The notes under the pieces: model-generated
What the model was told of the DNA's origin: nothing
What the model saw: the letters and a program-made list of their open reading frames with translations, nothing else
The model's database searches: none
Part shown: in pieces, positions 61,538-64,000 of the stretch
Layout of the letters: every line of letters starts with the position of its first letter
Position numbering within the stretch: the first letter of the stretch is position 1
Position numbers and translations under genes: made by a program
Source of the DNA: Sphingomonadaceae bacterium
GTDB lineage: Bacteria; Chloroflexota; UBA6077
Assembly (NCBI GenBank): GCA_050261575.1
Contig: JBLNDL010000013.1
Location: 1 to 64,000, forward strand
Direction: 5' to 3'
DNA length: 64,000 nt

Positions 61538-62176
61538 TCACATCTTCGAGGCCACCGTAACGGCCTCAATGTTCTCCACCCTGAACATCATCACCCGCTT
61601 CTTCTGCCGACATCGTCCCACCAGATACCAGGCACCAAGGTAGGGCATCAGCAGATGGGGCTCGACGATGGGATCGGGCAGGGCTGCGCCGGCCTTGGAG
61701 GAGAGGTGCAGCCGCACCGGTCGCTTGTCGAAGAGGGCCTCGGTCAGGGCGAGGAAGACCCTCTCCTGGAGGGCCGGTTCTGGATTCCCCAACGACTCCA
61801 AGCTCTTTCGGATGAGAGGCTGCAAGTGCAGGGGAAAGACCGCTGGCAGCTTGGAGAGGAGGGATCGGAGCGGTTCCGGCGGGATCGAGCGATCCTGAGC
61901 GGCGACCTTCAGCGCCGACACTAGGGCCCGGGCTTCCGAGAAGGAGAAGTCCAGCACGACGTGGTCGTCGCCGGCCAGGAAGCGGTAGCCCTTCCGGCGA
62001 ACGAGCGGGAAGCGGAGTTCCTCCCGGATGACGCGCAGGTCCTCCTGGACCTGGCGCTCACTGAGGGCATAGCGCTCGGCGAGCCTGCGGCGGCTGGTGC
62101 CGGGGTTCTCGGCGATGTGCTCGATGATCGCCCAGATGCGACTGAGCCGGTCGATTGCGAGTTGATCCCGTTCCAC
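61538..62176 (-). CDS. wHTH-WYL transcriptional regulator, short form
   Basis: RLSR...LAERYALSERQVQEDL HTH; EP...WYLVG...FRVENI; ends right after the WYL domain. Confidence 0.85.
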   Translation of the reverse strand: MERDQLAIDRLSRIWAIIEHIAENPGTSRRRLAERYALSERQVQEDLRVIREELRFPLVRRKGYRFLAGDDHVVLDFSFSEARALVSALKVAAQDRSIPPEPLRSLLSKLPAVFPLHLQPLIRKSLESLGNPEPALQERVFLALTEALFDKRPVRLHLSSKAGAALPDPIVEPHLLMPYLGAWYLVGRCRQKKRVMMFRVENIEAVTVASKM

Positions 62177-62238
62177 CGTGCGCGGTCACCTCTCGGGGAA
62201 TTGCTCGCAGGTTCGATGCGGCCGCGGGGAAGACTGAC

Positions 62239-62289
62239 AAAACAAAAACCGCGGTCAACCACATCGAGATGGGTCCGGTCGACCAGCGG
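62239..62289 (-). terminator. Putative terminator/attenuator between tRNA-Arg and the WYL gene
   Basis: Minus strand CCGCTGGTCGACC...GGTTGACCGCGG then TTTTTGTTTT. Confidence 0.6.
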
Positions 62290-62405
62290 CCAGCCGTCCA
62301 CCGACGCGGGCCCAACCCACCGGTGGATACCCCGTGCGTAGACGACTCCGAAAGGCTGCCTGCCACAACAAGAATGCCGAGGGCAGTCAGACGACTCCAC
62401 GTCAA

Positions 62406-62482
62406 TGGCACCCCGGATAGGACTCGAACCTACGACCTTTGGGTCCGCAACCCAACGCTCTAATCCGCTGAGCTACCGGGGC
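62406..62482 (-). tRNA. tRNA-Arg(GCG)
   Basis: Cloverleaf; anticodon arm TTGGG-TTGCGGA-CCCAA; GTTCGAGTC T-loop; encoded CCA. Confidence 0.93.
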
Positions 62483-62487
62483 ATGGG

Positions 62488-62580
62488 CGGAGGAGATGGG
62501 ATTCGAACCCATGACAGAGGTTTATAGCCCCTGTAACCGCTTAGCAGGCGGCCGCACTAGACCAACTATGCGACTCCTCC
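62488..62580 (-). tRNA. tRNA-Ser(GCT)
   Basis: GCCGC-CTGCTAA-GCGGT, long variable arm, G discriminator. Confidence 0.95.
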
Positions 62581-62622
62581 ACACGAACGAAGACCTGGAG
62601 TGATCACTGCCCAAGATGGCGG

Positions 62623-62705
62623 CGGAGGGGGAGGGATTCGAACCCCCGGGGCTCGCGCCCGACCGTTTTCAAGACGGCCACCATAAACCACTCGGACACC
62701 CCTCC
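62623..62705 (-). tRNA. tRNA-Ser(TGA)
   Basis: GCCGT-CTTGAAA-ACGGT, variable arm, GTTCGAATC. Confidence 0.95.
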
Positions 62706-62762
62706 AGGTGTACGCGTATTGTGTTGTTAACACGTGCGGCAGACACGCCGCTCCACACGTGG

Positions 62763-62791
62763 ATTCTAGCCGACCAGCCACCTCATGTCAA
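62763..62791 (-). promoter_or_regulatory. Promoter for Ser(TGA)-Ser(GCT)-Arg(GCG)
   Basis: TTGACA-17 bp-TAGAAT on the minus strand. Confidence 0.8.
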
Positions 62792-62919
62792 CGTGCCACC
62801 GGCCATCATGAGCCGAGAACCGGCCAGAGACCATTCGCCATCAGCTTTCAGCTAGTGCCCAGGCTTCGCTCGGCCACGCCGAGGGCACAACGCTGACCGC
62901 TGATGGCTGATAGCTGTCG

Positions 62920-63007
62920 TGGCGGAGAGGGTGGGATTTGAACCCACGAGGCTGTTACACCTACCCGCTTTCCAGGCGAGCGCCCTAGGCCACTAGGCGA
63001 CCTCTCC
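62920..63007 (-). tRNA. tRNA-Ser(GGA)
   Basis: CTCGC-CTGGAAA-GCGGG, variable arm, encoded CCA. Confidence 0.95.
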
Positions 63008-63107
63008 ATGCAGGCTATTGACGTTCAACCGTGGGCTACGGATGCCAGCCACCCCGCCTATCGTCCCGAGGCGGATGCTGACAGCCCGATGCCGACGGCT
63101 GCTCGGG

Positions 63108-63194
63108 CGGAGGGAGAGGGATTTGAACCCCCGAGGCCTTTCGACCTACCCGATTTCGAGTCGGGCGCACTCAACCGGACTATGCGATCCCTCC
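63108..63194 (-). tRNA. tRNA-Ser(CGA)
   Basis: CCCGA-CTCGAAA-TCGGG, variable arm. Confidence 0.95.
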
Positions 63195-63330
63195 AAGAGG
63201 CCGCAGCCCTAGAGGGGCCGCGGCCCACAGTCTAAAGTATAGCATAGGGGCAGGTACACCACAACCAGCGCGTCTGCTATACTCCACGCACCATGCCCGG
63301 CTCCGACCAGGGCTATCCTTTGGAGGACGA

Positions 63331-63678
63331 ATGATCATCATCACGCCGGAAGCTGCCAAGGAGCTCCGCGATCTTGCTGCCAGCGGTGAGGCAGCGGTAC
63401 TCAAGTTCGATGCCGAGCCCGACAACGAGGGAGGATACGACTGCTCGGTGGGGCTGGTGGACACTCCTCCATCCGATGCTATCGTCGAGGAGATCGCTGG
63501 GGTCAAGGTCGCCTTCCTCGGCATGGCGGAAAGCGTCTTCGAAGGGGCAGTGGTCGGGCTCAGCCCGGAGGGAGAACTGACCCTGGAGATGATCGAGGAA
63601 GACTGCGAGCACTGCGAGCACGAACACGGCTGCGACTGCGGCGAGGGCAACGGTTGCAGCTCCGAAGGCCACATCTGA
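63331..63678 (+). CDS. HesB/IscA-like protein with Cys/His-rich tail
   Basis: IIITPEAAKEL N-terminus, GVKV, FEGAVV; tail CEHCEHEHGCDCGEGNGC. Confidence 0.65.
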   Translation: MIIITPEAAKELRDLAASGEAAVLKFDAEPDNEGGYDCSVGLVDTPPSDAIVEEIAGVKVAFLGMAESVFEGAVVGLSPEGELTLEMIEEDCEHCEHEHGCDCGEGNGCSSEGHI

Positions 63679-64000
63679 TGCCCGACGGGCCGGCTCCACG
63701 ACCCGAACGGTCGCCGGTATACGACAGCGACCTTGGGCGCATCTGCCCCTCATGCGGCAAGCCGGTGAAGGGCTGCGTCTGCCAGGCGAAGAAGGTGATT
63801 CCCCAGGCTGGGCCGAAGAACGACGGAGTAGTCAGGGTCTCTCGCGACCGCCGGAATCGACACGGCAAGACTGTCACGGTGGTCACCGGGGTGCCGGGCC
63901 ACCCCGCGGCGGTCGAGGATCTGGCGACGAAGCTGAAGCGGTTGTGTGGCTCGGGCGGCACCGTGAAGGAAGGGGTCATCGAAATCCAGGGCGACCATCG
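63678..64000 (+). CDS. yciH: SUI1/YciH translation initiation factor (cut by the window end)
   Basis: CPSC..CVC, RHGKTVTVVTG, LKRLCGSGGTVKEGVIEIQGDH; not in the ORF track because no stop is in the window. Confidence 0.92.
   Translation, partial: MPDGPAPRPERSPVYDSDLGRICPSCGKPVKGCVCQAKKVIPQAGPKNDGVVRVSRDRRNRHGKTVTVVTGVPGHPAAVEDLATKLKRLCGSGGTVKEGVIEIQGDH

Noticed and set aside
62340..62398. Guanidine-II riboswitch (two ACGA loops)
   Set aside because: Stems are only about 2 bp and the motif is on the non-coding strand for the downstream gene
62623..62705. Selenocysteine or opal suppressor tRNA
   Set aside because: The anticodon is TGA (reads UCA, Ser), not TCA; normal Ser architecture

Overview
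A GC-rich bacterial core-chromosome segment. Gene content and an AGAAC-N4-GTTCT SOS box suggest Chloroflexota (inference, not proven). It carries housekeeping genes (ftsH, proS, nadE, alr, pdp, dinG, fhaA-fhaB-rodA-pbpA, acpS, nnr, recJ, rplY, nusA-ylxR-infB-rbfA-nrnA-truB-ribF, EF-G2, yebC-ruvC-ruvA, galU, yciH), a Wsp-like chemosensory/diguanylate cyclase cluster and five tRNAs. I saw no transposase, integrase, CRISPR array or rRNA. Best candidates for undescribed biology: (1) a 2-oxoacid:ferredoxin oxidoreductase-like delta-alpha-beta set whose beta subunit has lost all four proximal [4Fe-4S] cysteines, with no gamma subunit in the locus; (2) an orphan ParA overlapping an FtsZ that appears to carry a ParB-like basic N-terminal arm; (3) a GntR locus pairing an HprK-like P-loop kinase with phosphosulfolactate synthase and no ComB, possibly a sulfolactate catabolic route; (4) a Rad52-like annealing protein behind a LexA box; (5) a 70-bp terminal-inverted-repeat element in three copies; (6) tRNA-Arg(GCG) behind all four tRNA-Ser isoacceptors. 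All family calls come from motif recognition only; no database search was run.
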